Assembly (NCBI GenBank): GCA_036012755.1
Contig: DASCPX010000027.1
Coordinates: 192,001-256,000, forward strand
Direction of reading: 5' to 3'
From: Myxococcota bacterium
GTDB taxonomy: Bacteria > Myxococcota_A > UBA796 > CAJQPC01
Length of the DNA stretch: 64,000 nucleotides
Shown: positions 10,060 through 19,227 of the stretch, piece after piece
How the letters are laid out: every line of letters begins with the position of its first letter
Numbering within the stretch: position 1 is the first letter of the stretch
The notes under the pieces: generated by a model
Database searches by the model: none
Seen by the model: only the letters and a program-made list of their open reading frames with translations
Told to the model about the DNA's origin: nothing
Translations under genes and position numbers: made by a program

Positions 10060-10805
10060 GGCTCAGACAAGCTGACGAGAGCGTGACGGAACATGGTCAC
10101 CTCGATCTTGTTCTTCACGACCAGTCCGAACTCGAAGCGCCCAGCCCAGGCCACCCGGCCCTTGAGGATCTCGCCTTCGATGAGGCGCACCTCGACCGGA
10201 GTCTCGCGGTCGAGGTAGCCGAAGAGTCGCCGGTTGCTGCAGGTGTAGCGGTCCTGAGGGCGCCAGATGGGCTCCTGGGCCTCTGCCTTCCGCGCCTTGT
10301 CCCAGCCCATTGCCCGACGAGCCTTCTTCTTCCCAGCCGCTCCGACGCACCACTTGAGCTGCAGCTTGTGGATGGGTTCGTCGCTGCCTTCGATGAAGAA
10401 CTCATAGCGGTCGAGCTTGGCGATGCGCGCCTCGATGTCCCGATGGCCGTGGAGCGCCAGCGCGAGCTCGTCGCCCGCATCCAGGGCGTCCTGGAGGGCC
10501 GAGCGCTGAGCGTTGCCGGCGAAGTGGTCGGCGAGTCGACGCTTGAAGAGCACGGCGTCGAGGTCAGCCTGGCCGAGCGCGACCTGGGTCGCCAGGGCGC
10601 GAGACAGCGAGTGCTTGCGGATCAGGCTGTCGACCGCCGCAGCCAGCGCCATCTTCTTGAGGACGTCGTTGAGCTCGATTCGGCCGAGGGCAACCTGGGT
10701 CGCGACGGCACGGGAGAGCCCACTCTCTGAAACGAGCGACTCTATGCGCCTGTCGATCTCCGGGGCGCGACGGCGTGCCCGTCCCTTCCGTCTGTCCATC
10801 ACCAA
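10056..10805 (-). CDS. Basic protein with duplicated helical repeat and two putative Hfq/Sm-like domains
   Basis: C-terminal 'ETPVEVRLIEGEILKGRVAWAGRFEF...TMFRHAL' resembles Hfq Sm1/Sm2. GGAGAG RBS. Confidence 0.6.
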   Translation of the reverse strand: MVMDRRKGRARRRAPEIDRRIESLVSESGLSRAVATQVALGRIELNDVLKKMALAAAVDSLIRKHSLSRALATQVALGQADLDAVLFKRRLADHFAGNAQRSALQDALDAGDELALALHGHRDIEARIAKLDRYEFFIEGSDEPIHKLQLKWCVGAAGKKKARRAMGWDKARKAEAQEPIWRPQDRYTCSNRRLFGYLDRETPVEVRLIEGEILKGRVAWAGRFEFGLVVKNKIEVTMFRHALVSLSEP

Positions 10806-10856
10806 CTCTCCGACGTCCCCCTCGAACGAGCGTAACGCACGCCCGAGGAGGAGGTC

Positions 10857-11744
10857 TCAGCTGGCCTCGCGGTGTGCCTCCGTCAGCCCTGACACGACGC
10901 GGTTCCGGCCCGCACCCTTTGCCACGTACAGCCTCGCGTCTGCGGTCTCCACCAGCTCGGCGACGGCGCCGCGGAGGTCGCCCTGGCCGAGCACCTCGAC
11001 GGCCACCCCCAAGCTCATGCTGATCGAGAAGGCGCCCTCTGCTCCTTCGAAGACCTGCCGGGACAGCTTCTCTCGTATTTTCTCGGCGATGCGGTCGGCC
11101 GCCTGGGGCGGACAGTCCGGCAGGACGACGATGAACTCCTCGCCGCCCCACCGACCAACGAGATCGCCCCGTCGACGTCCTTCCATCATGAGCTTGCCGA
11201 TGCGGGCGAGCACGCGATCGCCGACCGCGTGCCCGTGGTTGTCGTTGACCCGCTTGAAGTGATCGACGTCGCAGAAGAGCACGGCCATCGGCGCCGCGGC
11301 CTCGGCGCAGGCTTCTGCCATCTGGCCGAGGCGGACGTCGAGAGCACGGCGGTTGAGCACACCGGTCAGCGGATCTGTCGTGGCCACGTCGGCGATCGCG
11401 TGGGACTGGCGAAGGAGCTCCGTCCGGCGCTCCTCGATGCCGTCGAGCAGCCGCTGCTCGGCCCGCTTGAGCCGCCGGGCCATCCTCACGAGCCGCTCGG
11501 TCGTGCGGCGTTGCCTGTCCTGCTCTGCGGAGAGCACATCGCAGATGGCTCCGAGCGCGAGCGCGAGGGTCTCGATCTCCACCGCGGGTCCGGTGGCCTG
11601 GAGTCGCGCCACGACCACATCCGAGGCCAGCACCGGGTGGCCCTCCGCCTCGGCTGCCTCGAGCGTCGCGCGTCCATGGAGGCGCTCGTGGTGCTCGAGC
11701 AGTCTCATGACAGGTTCGCTGCGGAGGATCGACGGCACCATCAA
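10857..11744 (-). CDS. Diguanylate cyclase (coiled coil + GGDEF)
   Basis: 'TDPLTGVLNRR', 'DVDHFKRVNDNHGHAVGD', RxxD I-site 'RRGD' and 'RWGGEEF'. Confidence 0.93.
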   Translation of the reverse strand: MMVPSILRSEPVMRLLEHHERLHGRATLEAAEAEGHPVLASDVVVARLQATGPAVEIETLALALGAICDVLSAEQDRQRRTTERLVRMARRLKRAEQRLLDGIEERRTELLRQSHAIADVATTDPLTGVLNRRALDVRLGQMAEACAEAAAPMAVLFCDVDHFKRVNDNHGHAVGDRVLARIGKLMMEGRRRGDLVGRWGGEEFIVVLPDCPPQAADRIAEKIREKLSRQVFEGAEGAFSISMSLGVAVEVLGQGDLRGAVAELVETADARLYVAKGAGRNRVVSGLTEAHREAS

Positions 11745-11774
11745 GTCTCTTCACGGACCGATGCGCTCCCGCCT

Positions 11775-12599
11775 TTAGAGCGCATCCCGGGAGATGAGGT
11801 GAACGCGGCCGAGGTCCGGGCCGTGTGGCAATCCGATCGCCAGCGTCTCCCGGTCTCCGGCGAGCACGATGGGGCGCCCGATGCTGGAACGATCGAGGGC
11901 CAGGACCGGTCCTTCGCCGAGCGGTACGAGGCGGAGCCGACCGGGCGCCTCGTCGATGTTGTAGGTCCCCGCCGCGTAGCCACCGCCGATGGCACGGCCG
12001 AGGTGGTCGCCTGGACGCCCGGCGTGCTCGCTGGACCCTCGCACCAGGCCAGCGCCCCCATCCAGCCCCACCTGCGGATCGCTCCACCAGATCCCCTCGG
12101 CCCAGTGCACTACCTGCCCGCCCTCGCCGGCTTCCCCGACCGCATCTCCGCTCTCTGCGTCGAGGACGACACAGCTCTCCGAGCACTCCAGGACGAGCAG
12201 TGTGTCCCCGATGCTCACCGCGCGGGGATCCTCGAAGGCGAAGTCGCCGTACGAGGAGGCGACGCCGCCACCGTGGGCGACGGCCCACTCACAGCCCGGG
12301 CCGAAGTCAGCGGCATGAGCTGTCGACTGGAAGTCGCGGACCCGACCGGTCGGGCCGTAGAGGCCGTCGGGCTCGATCCACTGAAGCGTCGTGTCCACGC
12401 AGACCGCGAGCGGGTCACGGGCGGCGTAGCAGTCGCTCCCGTCACAGACGGCGTCGTCCGAGCCCACGACGATGCGCTCTCCGTCGACTAGCAGGACACG
12501 CCCGTAGCCGAGGGCTCCTTCGAGGGTCCGCGTCGCGACCTCCCAGGGCACGGCGACCTCGTCCTGGAGGAGCGGGGCACAGCCGAGCAGGAGGATCAC
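11775..12599 (-). CDS. Lipoprotein, beta-propeller/FG-GAP-like
   Basis: GTGA overlap start gives MILLLGC. 'GDHLGRAI' and 'TLAIGLP...GRVHL' are FG-GAP-like motifs. Confidence 0.6.
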   Translation of the reverse strand: MILLLGCAPLLQDEVAVPWEVATRTLEGALGYGRVLLVDGERIVVGSDDAVCDGSDCYAARDPLAVCVDTTLQWIEPDGLYGPTGRVRDFQSTAHAADFGPGCEWAVAHGGGVASSYGDFAFEDPRAVSIGDTLLVLECSESCVVLDAESGDAVGEAGEGGQVVHWAEGIWWSDPQVGLDGGAGLVRGSSEHAGRPGDHLGRAIGGGYAAGTYNIDEAPGRLRLVPLGEGPVLALDRSSIGRPIVLAGDRETLAIGLPHGPDLGRVHLISRDAL

Positions 12600-13192
12600 G
12601 ACCAGCAGCGTATCCGCCGGTAGAAACCCAGCGCGCCGACCTCGACCTTCCAATCGAGACAACGGGCGCCGTGGGCCATTGCGTCAAAGCCAGCTTCGCC
12701 GAGGCTGTACTTGCGCCACATCCGGCGCACCCAGAACTCCGGGGGCCATGGGCCAGTGCGTTCGATCCAACCCTCGATGTGTCCGCTGTCCGCGTCCGCG
12801 TCCAGCAGGTCGCACCGACCTCCGGGCTTCAGGACGCGGTGCAGCTCGCCGAGGATCGCCGCCGCGTCCTTCCAGTGGTGCATCGTCTGAACCGCGACGA
12901 TGCGCTCGAAGGTCGCGTCCGGGTAGGCGATCCTGGCGGCGTCCATCTGCTTGAAGGTGCAGGCCCCCGCAGCGTTCCGCCGAGCGATGCGGATCATCTC
13001 GGCGGAGGTGTCGATGCCGACGCAGTCGAGCTCCGGGTTGCCCGCGGCGGCGTGGATGCTCACCCATCCAGGTCCGCAGCCGACGTCGAGCAGCGCGCCC
13101 TGGCGGATGTCCATGCTGGCGGCGATGTGGCGATAGGCGGGCTGGTAGTAGCGGGCCGGCAGCGCGTCGTAGATGCGCGCGGTCAGCTTCAC
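12596..13192 (-). CDS. Class I SAM-dependent methyltransferase
   Basis: 'LLDVGCGPG', 'GIDTS', 'MHHW' and 'HRVLKPGG'. Confidence 0.9.
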   Translation of the reverse strand: MKLTARIYDALPARYYQPAYRHIAASMDIRQGALLDVGCGPGWVSIHAAAGNPELDCVGIDTSAEMIRIARRNAAGACTFKQMDAARIAYPDATFERIVAVQTMHHWKDAAAILGELHRVLKPGGRCDLLDADADSGHIEGWIERTGPWPPEFWVRRMWRKYSLGEAGFDAMAHGARCLDWKVEVGALGFYRRIRCWS

Positions 13193-14124
13193 AGGCCATC
13201 ACTCCAGGCCTTCAGCGCGGCGGCGAGCGCCGCGAGGCCGCCATCGACGGCGATGCCTTCGCTGCCGACGTTCCACGCGATCTGGACCTGCCCCTCCGCC
13301 GCCCGCTGCCCGCGCAGAAGCTCCAGTCGTCGGTCCAGGCCGTTGCTCAGGATGCGCACCTGGGCCGGGGGGCCACCGACGAGGCCGATTCGGGTGACAC
13401 CGGCCAACAGGAAGGTGTCGCTGATGTCTCGCAGGAGCCCGGCCTGGCCCTGGCCAGCGCAAAGGTCGCAGCGCTCCTCTGTGACCGGCACCCGCGCTGC
13501 GTGGGGCGGAGCCGGGCAGTCTGGCCGACCGCAGTGGAGCACGACATGAGCGGCGAGGATGGCTCGAGCGGAGGGCTCGTCGACGACCTCGAGGAGCTCG
13601 GCGAGGCTCTCCCATCGCCTCGCGTCGACCAGGGCGCGAACTGCGGCACCGCGGGCGTCCATCCCCTCGAGCCCCCTGGCACCCAGGAGCTCGCCGATGG
13701 AGGGTCGGTCGCGCTGCTCATCCAGGCGCGCGCTGGCGACACGGAGCTTTGCGGTCGCCAGCTCCAGGTTCGAGTTGAGCTCGGCCACGTTGGCCTCGAG
13801 GTCCGCGATGCGAGCAGCGGCGCTCTTGCGCTGTCCGCGCTCGACGTCCAGTGTCTGCTCCAGCTGCTCCGTCCTGGCCTCATAGGCGCGTGCGCGCTCC
13901 TCTGCCCCCGAGCGGGGGGGACCTGGCCTGGCTGCTTCGGCCTTGGGCGTCGGGCGCGCGGGCTTCTGGGCAGGGGCCCCCGGCTGCCTGGTCGTCTTGC
14001 CCTTCGCAGGTGGCTTGTCGCCGAGGCGCTCCACGCCCGATTGCGCCATCAGCTGTTCGAAGTCCAGGTCTCCGGAGGCCAGCGCCTCGAGGCTCTCTTC
14101 GTCGTCCAGTGTCCGCCGGCCCAT
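13189..14124 (-). CDS. Coiled-coil protein with Cys cluster
   Basis: Long coiled coil and HCGRPDC-x12-CDLC. Coupled to its neighbours. Confidence 0.65.
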   Translation of the reverse strand: MGRRTLDDEESLEALASGDLDFEQLMAQSGVERLGDKPPAKGKTTRQPGAPAQKPARPTPKAEAARPGPPRSGAEERARAYEARTEQLEQTLDVERGQRKSAAARIADLEANVAELNSNLELATAKLRVASARLDEQRDRPSIGELLGARGLEGMDARGAAVRALVDARRWESLAELLEVVDEPSARAILAAHVVLHCGRPDCPAPPHAARVPVTEERCDLCAGQGQAGLLRDISDTFLLAGVTRIGLVGGPPAQVRILSNGLDRRLELLRGQRAAEGQVQIAWNVGSEGIAVDGGLAALAAALKAWSDGL

Positions 14125-14130
14125 TGGCCA

Positions 14131-16218
14131 TCAGTAACCGGCTGTGGCCTCCAGGATCGACTCCAGCGGCACCTTCAGCTCGCCGGGCTGGGTCAGTCCC
14201 AGCTCCGCGAGGCCGCGCGCGAGCTCGTACTGATCAGCGTTGTAGGCGTCGACAGCGACGTTGTACAGCGCCACGCGGGTCGCGGGGTCCTCTGGCGCCA
14301 GCCCGAAGGCGTTCCGTGCATGCAGAGCGCGGTCCTCCAGCTCCCCCGGCTGCTCGGCGAGTTCGGCGAGGCAGCGCGCCGCGACGTCCGGGAGTCCAGC
14401 CGTCGCGGCGAGCTCTGCGGCATCTCGAAGCCGCCGTTGGTTGTTCGAGTGGCCAAGGCGCACCCCGACCATCGCTGTGGCGGCTGTGGCCCGAGCCTCG
14501 AGCTCCAGGTCGTCGAGCCGCTGGGCTTCGGCGATGACCTCTGACCAGAACACCCAGGACTTCTCGGCAGGCAGACCCACCGCGATGTTGTAGGCGCACC
14601 AGGCATAGGCCCTCTCGGCCTGCCTCGCATAGTCCATCTCGCCGATGCGCTTCAGCGCTGAGCTGCTCTCGTGGAAGTGGGTCCGCGCACCCCCGAAGTC
14701 CCCGCGGTCATAAGCCTCCAGCCCCTGGTCGTAGGCCATGAGAGCGGCGACGAGAGTCCTGTGGTGTTCCAGGGCTCCAGCGACGCCCGCACCCACGGCG
14801 AGGGTCGCTGCGTCCTCGCTGGCGCCGAGCAGGATCAAGGCCTGCGCAGCGTTCCTCCGCGCCGTCTCGACCACGTGGTCCCCGTGCCCTGTCGCCTCGG
14901 CCACCTCCGCTGCACGCGCGAAGGCCTCCAGGGCGCCCGCGAGGTCCTCTGCCTCGACGCGGCCCAGGGCGTAGGCGAGCTCGACGTGCGCGGGCCCGAG
15001 GTCATCGCCAGCCTGCGAGAAGAGCGCCAGCGCCTGGCTGAACTCGCGATCGGCGGAGTGGGCAGAGTCCACTCGCACCATCGCCGTAGCGACACGTGCG
15101 GCCTCGGCGTAGTGCCCCGCGCCGACGCGGTAGTCGAGCGCCGCGGTGAGCGCGGCCCGCGCCCCGTCCACGTCGCCACGGCGGGCAGCGATCCCACCCT
15201 CGAGCTCCCTCGCGGCGGCGTTGGCCGGCGGCAGGTCCATGCCAGCGAGCTCCTTCACGGCGGCGGCGTGCCGCTCCTCGGCGATCTCGACGCGTCCGAG
15301 CCGAAGGGCGAGGCGCCCCAGCTCGATGCCGACCGCCACGGCCTCTGCTTCGAAGCCCGCCGACCGATGGGTCGCTTCGGCCTCTGCGAGGAAGGTGAGC
15401 GCCAGGTCGTCGCGGCCGGCGAGGTGATGCGCCATGCCCAGACCGAAGAGCACCTGACCCGTCTGCCAGGACAGCCCTGAGACTCGGGCCGCGGACAGGG
15501 TGTCGGTGAGGGTCTTTGCGGCGGCGTCCGGCCGGCCGCTCGCTCGCTGGATCGCACCCTCGGCGAGGCCGACGTCCACGAGCTCACGGGGGGTATCAGC
15601 CCTCGAGCGCATCGCCTCCAGCTCGGCGTGAGCCGCGCCGAGGGCTCCGCGGCGCAGGTGCGCACCGACTGCATCCAGCCCGCTGCCCCCTGTCTCCTCT
15701 CGAGTGGAGGACAGCCTGGACCGGAGCGCGTCGGCCTCGTCGTCGGCGACGCCCTCGAGCTCGCCGAGGCCATCGAGAGCGGCGCTGGCCCTGGACCCGG
15801 CGCCGGCGTCGATGTCCAGAGCGATGAGGTTCAGCCTCGCCATCACCGCCGTGTCGCCTCCACCTGTGGCCAGCTGCTCGAAGATGCGGCGTGCCTTGGC
15901 TGCTTCTCCCCGCTCCCGAAGGACCAGGGCCAGGACATTTCGCCCCTCTGGGGAGGTCACCCCGTGCAGCGCGGTCTCGGCCGCACGCAGGTCTCCTGCC
16001 TCGTAGAGCAAGGCCCCTTGGACCACCCGCGCCTGCTCCCCTGCCCCACCCTCCGCGAGGCTGCCGAACAGGGAGGCTGCCTCGATGACGCGACCCTCTG
16101 CCATGGCGCTGTAGGCATCCTCGACGAGGGCCTGGTCGTCCTCGTCGAGGCGCATCTCCGCGGACGATGGGATGACGACCGGGGTCGCCAGCGCCAATCC
16201 GAGCAGGGCGGCGATCAA
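14131..16218 (-). CDS. Secreted TPR-repeat protein
   Basis: TTGA overlap start gives MIAALLGLALA. Ala/Leu-rich TPR-like repeats run throughout. Confidence 0.75.
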   Translation of the reverse strand: MIAALLGLALATPVVIPSSAEMRLDEDDQALVEDAYSAMAEGRVIEAASLFGSLAEGGAGEQARVVQGALLYEAGDLRAAETALHGVTSPEGRNVLALVLRERGEAAKARRIFEQLATGGGDTAVMARLNLIALDIDAGAGSRASAALDGLGELEGVADDEADALRSRLSSTREETGGSGLDAVGAHLRRGALGAAHAELEAMRSRADTPRELVDVGLAEGAIQRASGRPDAAAKTLTDTLSAARVSGLSWQTGQVLFGLGMAHHLAGRDDLALTFLAEAEATHRSAGFEAEAVAVGIELGRLALRLGRVEIAEERHAAAVKELAGMDLPPANAAARELEGGIAARRGDVDGARAALTAALDYRVGAGHYAEAARVATAMVRVDSAHSADREFSQALALFSQAGDDLGPAHVELAYALGRVEAEDLAGALEAFARAAEVAEATGHGDHVVETARRNAAQALILLGASEDAATLAVGAGVAGALEHHRTLVAALMAYDQGLEAYDRGDFGGARTHFHESSSALKRIGEMDYARQAERAYAWCAYNIAVGLPAEKSWVFWSEVIAEAQRLDDLELEARATAATAMVGVRLGHSNNQRRLRDAAELAATAGLPDVAARCLAELAEQPGELEDRALHARNAFGLAPEDPATRVALYNVAVDAYNADQYELARGLAELGLTQPGELKVPLESILEATAGY

Positions 16219-16721
16219 AGCAAGACCTCCAGCCCCGCGAGCAGCCTGCCAGGGGAGAGTGCCTGACAAGAGGCGACGTGGACGAAGACCGCGGGCACGG
16301 CGAGATCCCTCAGGGAAGTGTAGAGCCAGGCGTTGCACACGTAGGACCCCGCGTCCCGCGAAAGGGTTCCGCCGAGTGCAGCGGCGAGGGCCTCGACGTC
16401 GAGACGGACGTCCAAGCTCGGCGCGCCCTCACCCAGGTCGGCAGGGCAGACACCGTCGATGTCGTCACGGCTGCACCGGTTCACGGCGGTGCACTCCACC
16501 TGGACGCCCTCGCGCGTCGGCGCGACCCCGAGCCCCACCACGAGGCGTGCGTGCGCGGCCGCGTCCGCCGTCTGGCATGGAGCCCGCTGGTAGCTGACCG
16601 GCAGCACGATGCCCCGGACGGGCACGCCCCGGACCTCGCACCCGTCGACCGCCAGCGCCAGCGCTCCGGAGGGGTTCTCCGCCAGCTCCCCGAAGGGGCC
16701 GAAGCCGGTGACCAGGATCAC
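16215..16721 (-). CDS. pcp: Pyroglutamyl-peptidase I (C15)
   Basis: 'ILVTGFGPFG...NPS' and an intact Glu/Cys/His triad (VECTAVN, AGSYVCN, FVHV). Confidence 0.88.
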   Translation of the reverse strand: MILVTGFGPFGELAENPSGALALAVDGCEVRGVPVRGIVLPVSYQRAPCQTADAAAHARLVVGLGVAPTREGVQVECTAVNRCSRDDIDGVCPADLGEGAPSLDVRLDVEALAAALGGTLSRDAGSYVCNAWLYTSLRDLAVPAVFVHVASCQALSPGRLLAGLEVLL

Positions 16722-17623
16722 AGCTTCTCGGCGACGCGCACCAGGAGCTCTCGAGCGTGGACGACCGGGTAGCGCCGCATCGTGACGATCACGCCCTCGC
16801 CGGTCGCGCGCACCTCTTCGAGGCGCCGGCCTCCGATGACCTCGACCACAGCCCCCAGGAGGTGACCCGGGTGGACGGTATCGCCCACGGAGACCTCCGG
16901 AACCCAGAAGCCGCCGCACATCGAGTAGTGGTAGCAGACTCCCTGGCGGGTGGTGTCGACGATGGTCTCGCCGGGGTCCACCAACCCACCGCCAAGGACG
17001 CCCAGGTGGCCGAGGAGTCGCAGGATGCCGTTGGCCAGTGCCCGCGCGTGGTCGAGGTCCAGATCCCCGCCACGTCCGCCCACGAGGTGGAGCGCAGCGC
17101 GCGCTGCCTCGCGCCAGGCGCCCACGAGTCCGGTGGCTTCCAGCCTGTCTCCGGCCCGGCGCCAGACGACCGGGAGCTCCATCGCCCGGGCATAGGCCAG
17201 CTCCGGTCCGGACAGCGGCACCCGCACCTGGGGCAGCTCGCGCACGACACGGCTCCCGGAGTGCAGGTCCACGCAGACGTCCGCGCGGGTGGCGTCCAGG
17301 AGCGCATAGGCGATGCGCTGGACGGGTGAACCCGCCGGATCGCCCGGGAAGGCGCGGTTGATGTCCCGGTCGTCGAAGGGCCACCGCTTCGTCCCCTGGT
17401 CGACGCCGAAGCTGTTCACGATGGGCAGCAGGTGAACCCGGCCGGAGACCCGCAGCATGCCGAGGGTGCGGGCGACGATGTTGAGGGCGTGGACACCGGT
17501 GAGCTCGGTGCCGTGCATACCGGCGACGCAGGCGACCACCGGCTCATCGCCGTCTCCAAAGGTCAGCCGCTCGAGCACGAAGGGTTCGCGGTAGGGCGCC
17601 TCGATCCGGAAGACCTCAGCCAT
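16718..17623 (-). CDS. M14 succinylglutamate desuccinylase/aspartoacylase family protein
   Basis: 'AGMHGTE', 'DINRAFPG', 'VDLHSG' and a C-terminal barrel-sandwich domain. Confidence 0.88.
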   Translation of the reverse strand: MAEVFRIEAPYREPFVLERLTFGDGDEPVVACVAGMHGTELTGVHALNIVARTLGMLRVSGRVHLLPIVNSFGVDQGTKRWPFDDRDINRAFPGDPAGSPVQRIAYALLDATRADVCVDLHSGSRVVRELPQVRVPLSGPELAYARAMELPVVWRRAGDRLEATGLVGAWREAARAALHLVGGRGGDLDLDHARALANGILRLLGHLGVLGGGLVDPGETIVDTTRQGVCYHYSMCGGFWVPEVSVGDTVHPGHLLGAVVEVIGGRRLEEVRATGEGVIVTMRRYPVVHARELLVRVAEKL

Positions 17624-18551
17624 CGGTGCCCTCGACGATCCGCGCGACCATCGTGCCAGGGAAGACCACTGGCTGGTCGCGCATCGCGGCGATGCGCGCC
17701 GCGCAGGGGCAGCGGACCTCTTCCAGGCGCTCACCCGTCGCGGGGTCGATGACCTCGCCCAGCACCTCGTCCGCCTCGACGGCGTCCCAGGGGGCTTTCC
17801 TCGGCAGGAACAGACCTGCGCGGCCCGCTCGAACCCGGTGTACCTGGCTGTCATCGACGGTGGTCGGGCGGGTGACCGCAGCCCAGTGGAAGGGCAAGGC
17901 CATATCCGGCAACACGCCGAGCACGTTCAAGACGTTCAGCGCTCCCTCGGCGAGCGCCTGGCCGACGCCGGGAGTCAGGCGGTTCCCGGACCCCCCCTCC
18001 AGCGTGAGCGTGGACTCGAACTGGGCTGCGAAGGTGCTCGGAGCCGCCAACCCCGGGTCGCGAAGCCAGACCAGGTTCACGTTCGCGTGGCGAGCGACCT
18101 CGGCCGCGCTCTCCGCGCTGCTGCGCACGTGTGCCTGGGGCGTCTCGCTGAAGGCCGGATGGGCGCCACGCAGCTCGATGATCTGGTCCGCCCCGTCGAG
18201 ATCCTGGATCAGCTTCCATGCCACGACGTCAGGGGCATGGGCGTCGGGGCGCCCTGGGAAGCGGCGATTGAGATCCTGGTCGAAGAAGGGCCAGTGGCGA
18301 ATGCCCCTGTGGGCCGCGAGCGGATTGATGCAGGGATAGATGTCCACGCACCCGGAGAGGACCTCGTGGTGCTGCCCGAGGATCGCCGCGACGGTGTGGG
18401 CAACGCGGACTCCCTCCGGAGTGTCACCGCGGATGCCCGCGACGATCGCCACCCGAGGACCTTCGCCCGCCTCGAAGCGCTTTCGGACGATGTCGACCGA
18501 ATCCCCGGAGGGCATTCCGATCGAGTGCAGGACGTCCAGGCTAGCGCTCAC
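17616..18551 (-). CDS. M14 ASTE/ASPA family paralog lacking Zn ligands
   Basis: 'AGIRGDT', 'DLNRRFPG', 'IELRG' and 'TLEGG'. Confidence 0.85.
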   Translation of the reverse strand: MSASLDVLHSIGMPSGDSVDIVRKRFEAGEGPRVAIVAGIRGDTPEGVRVAHTVAAILGQHHEVLSGCVDIYPCINPLAAHRGIRHWPFFDQDLNRRFPGRPDAHAPDVVAWKLIQDLDGADQIIELRGAHPAFSETPQAHVRSSAESAAEVARHANVNLVWLRDPGLAAPSTFAAQFESTLTLEGGSGNRLTPGVGQALAEGALNVLNVLGVLPDMALPFHWAAVTRPTTVDDSQVHRVRAGRAGLFLPRKAPWDAVEADEVLGEVIDPATGERLEEVRCPCAARIAAMRDQPVVFPGTMVARIVEGTDG

Positions 18552-18568
18552 GCCAAGGCCTTATCCGC

Positions 18569-19033
18569 TCAGACCGCGCTGGCGACGATCGCCGCGTATC
18601 CCTGGGCGGCGGCTTCGTACGCCGTGCCGACGAAGAGTCGCAAGTGGCGGTCGACAGCGTCCGGATCGTCCACCGCGCGCTCGACCACGGCTTCGCTTCG
18701 CAGCTGCCAGGCCTCGGCGGCTCGTTGCCGCGTGACCCCTCGCACGATCTCCGTGCCCTCGGCCGTCGCGAGTTCGCGCGCCGTAGCGCGGACCCAGGTG
18801 GCGACGTCGTCGATGGCCTTGCGCGCCGCGACCCGGACGTCGCCTTCGCGGAGCAGGACCGCGTCGAACTCGGCCAGCGCCGAGTCAGAGCGGACGTTCG
18901 CTGTCTTCCGCCAGCGCGCGAGACGGTCGGGGGTGGGAAGTCGAACCATCCGCGGGTCGAGTACGGGCAGGTTCGGAAAGAGGTGGTCCTCTAGGTCCCT
19001 GTGGGTCCGGAGGACTCGGAGCGTCGGCGTCAT
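18569..19033 (-). CDS. Hypothetical protein
   Basis: First ORF of a minus-strand run, with a sigma70-like promoter upstream. Confidence 0.55.
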   Translation of the reverse strand: MTPTLRVLRTHRDLEDHLFPNLPVLDPRMVRLPTPDRLARWRKTANVRSDSALAEFDAVLLREGDVRVAARKAIDDVATWVRATARELATAEGTEIVRGVTRQRAAEAWQLRSEAVVERAVDDPDAVDRHLRLFVGTAYEAAAQGYAAIVASAV

Positions 19034-19075
19034 GGCAGCTGGGGGAGCGAGGTGCGGCAGCGGGGAGCTGTCTGG

Positions 19076-19104
19076 AGACTACGCCTGCGGTCTCGACACG
19101 TCAA
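19076..19104 (-). promoter_or_regulatory. Sigma70-like promoter TTGACG-N17-TAGTCT
   Basis: Reverse strand reads ttgacg tgtcgagaccgcaggcg tagtct, upstream of 19033. Confidence 0.5.
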
Positions 19105-19227
19105 GACTTCCAGAGCCCAGCCGGGGGTCTCTGCTTGAAAAAGCCCGGAACGGGGTGAAAGGTATGGCGTCGTACGCTCGTACAACCTGCGAAGCACACG
19201 GCAAAACACACAGCGTGGAGTGCGCCC

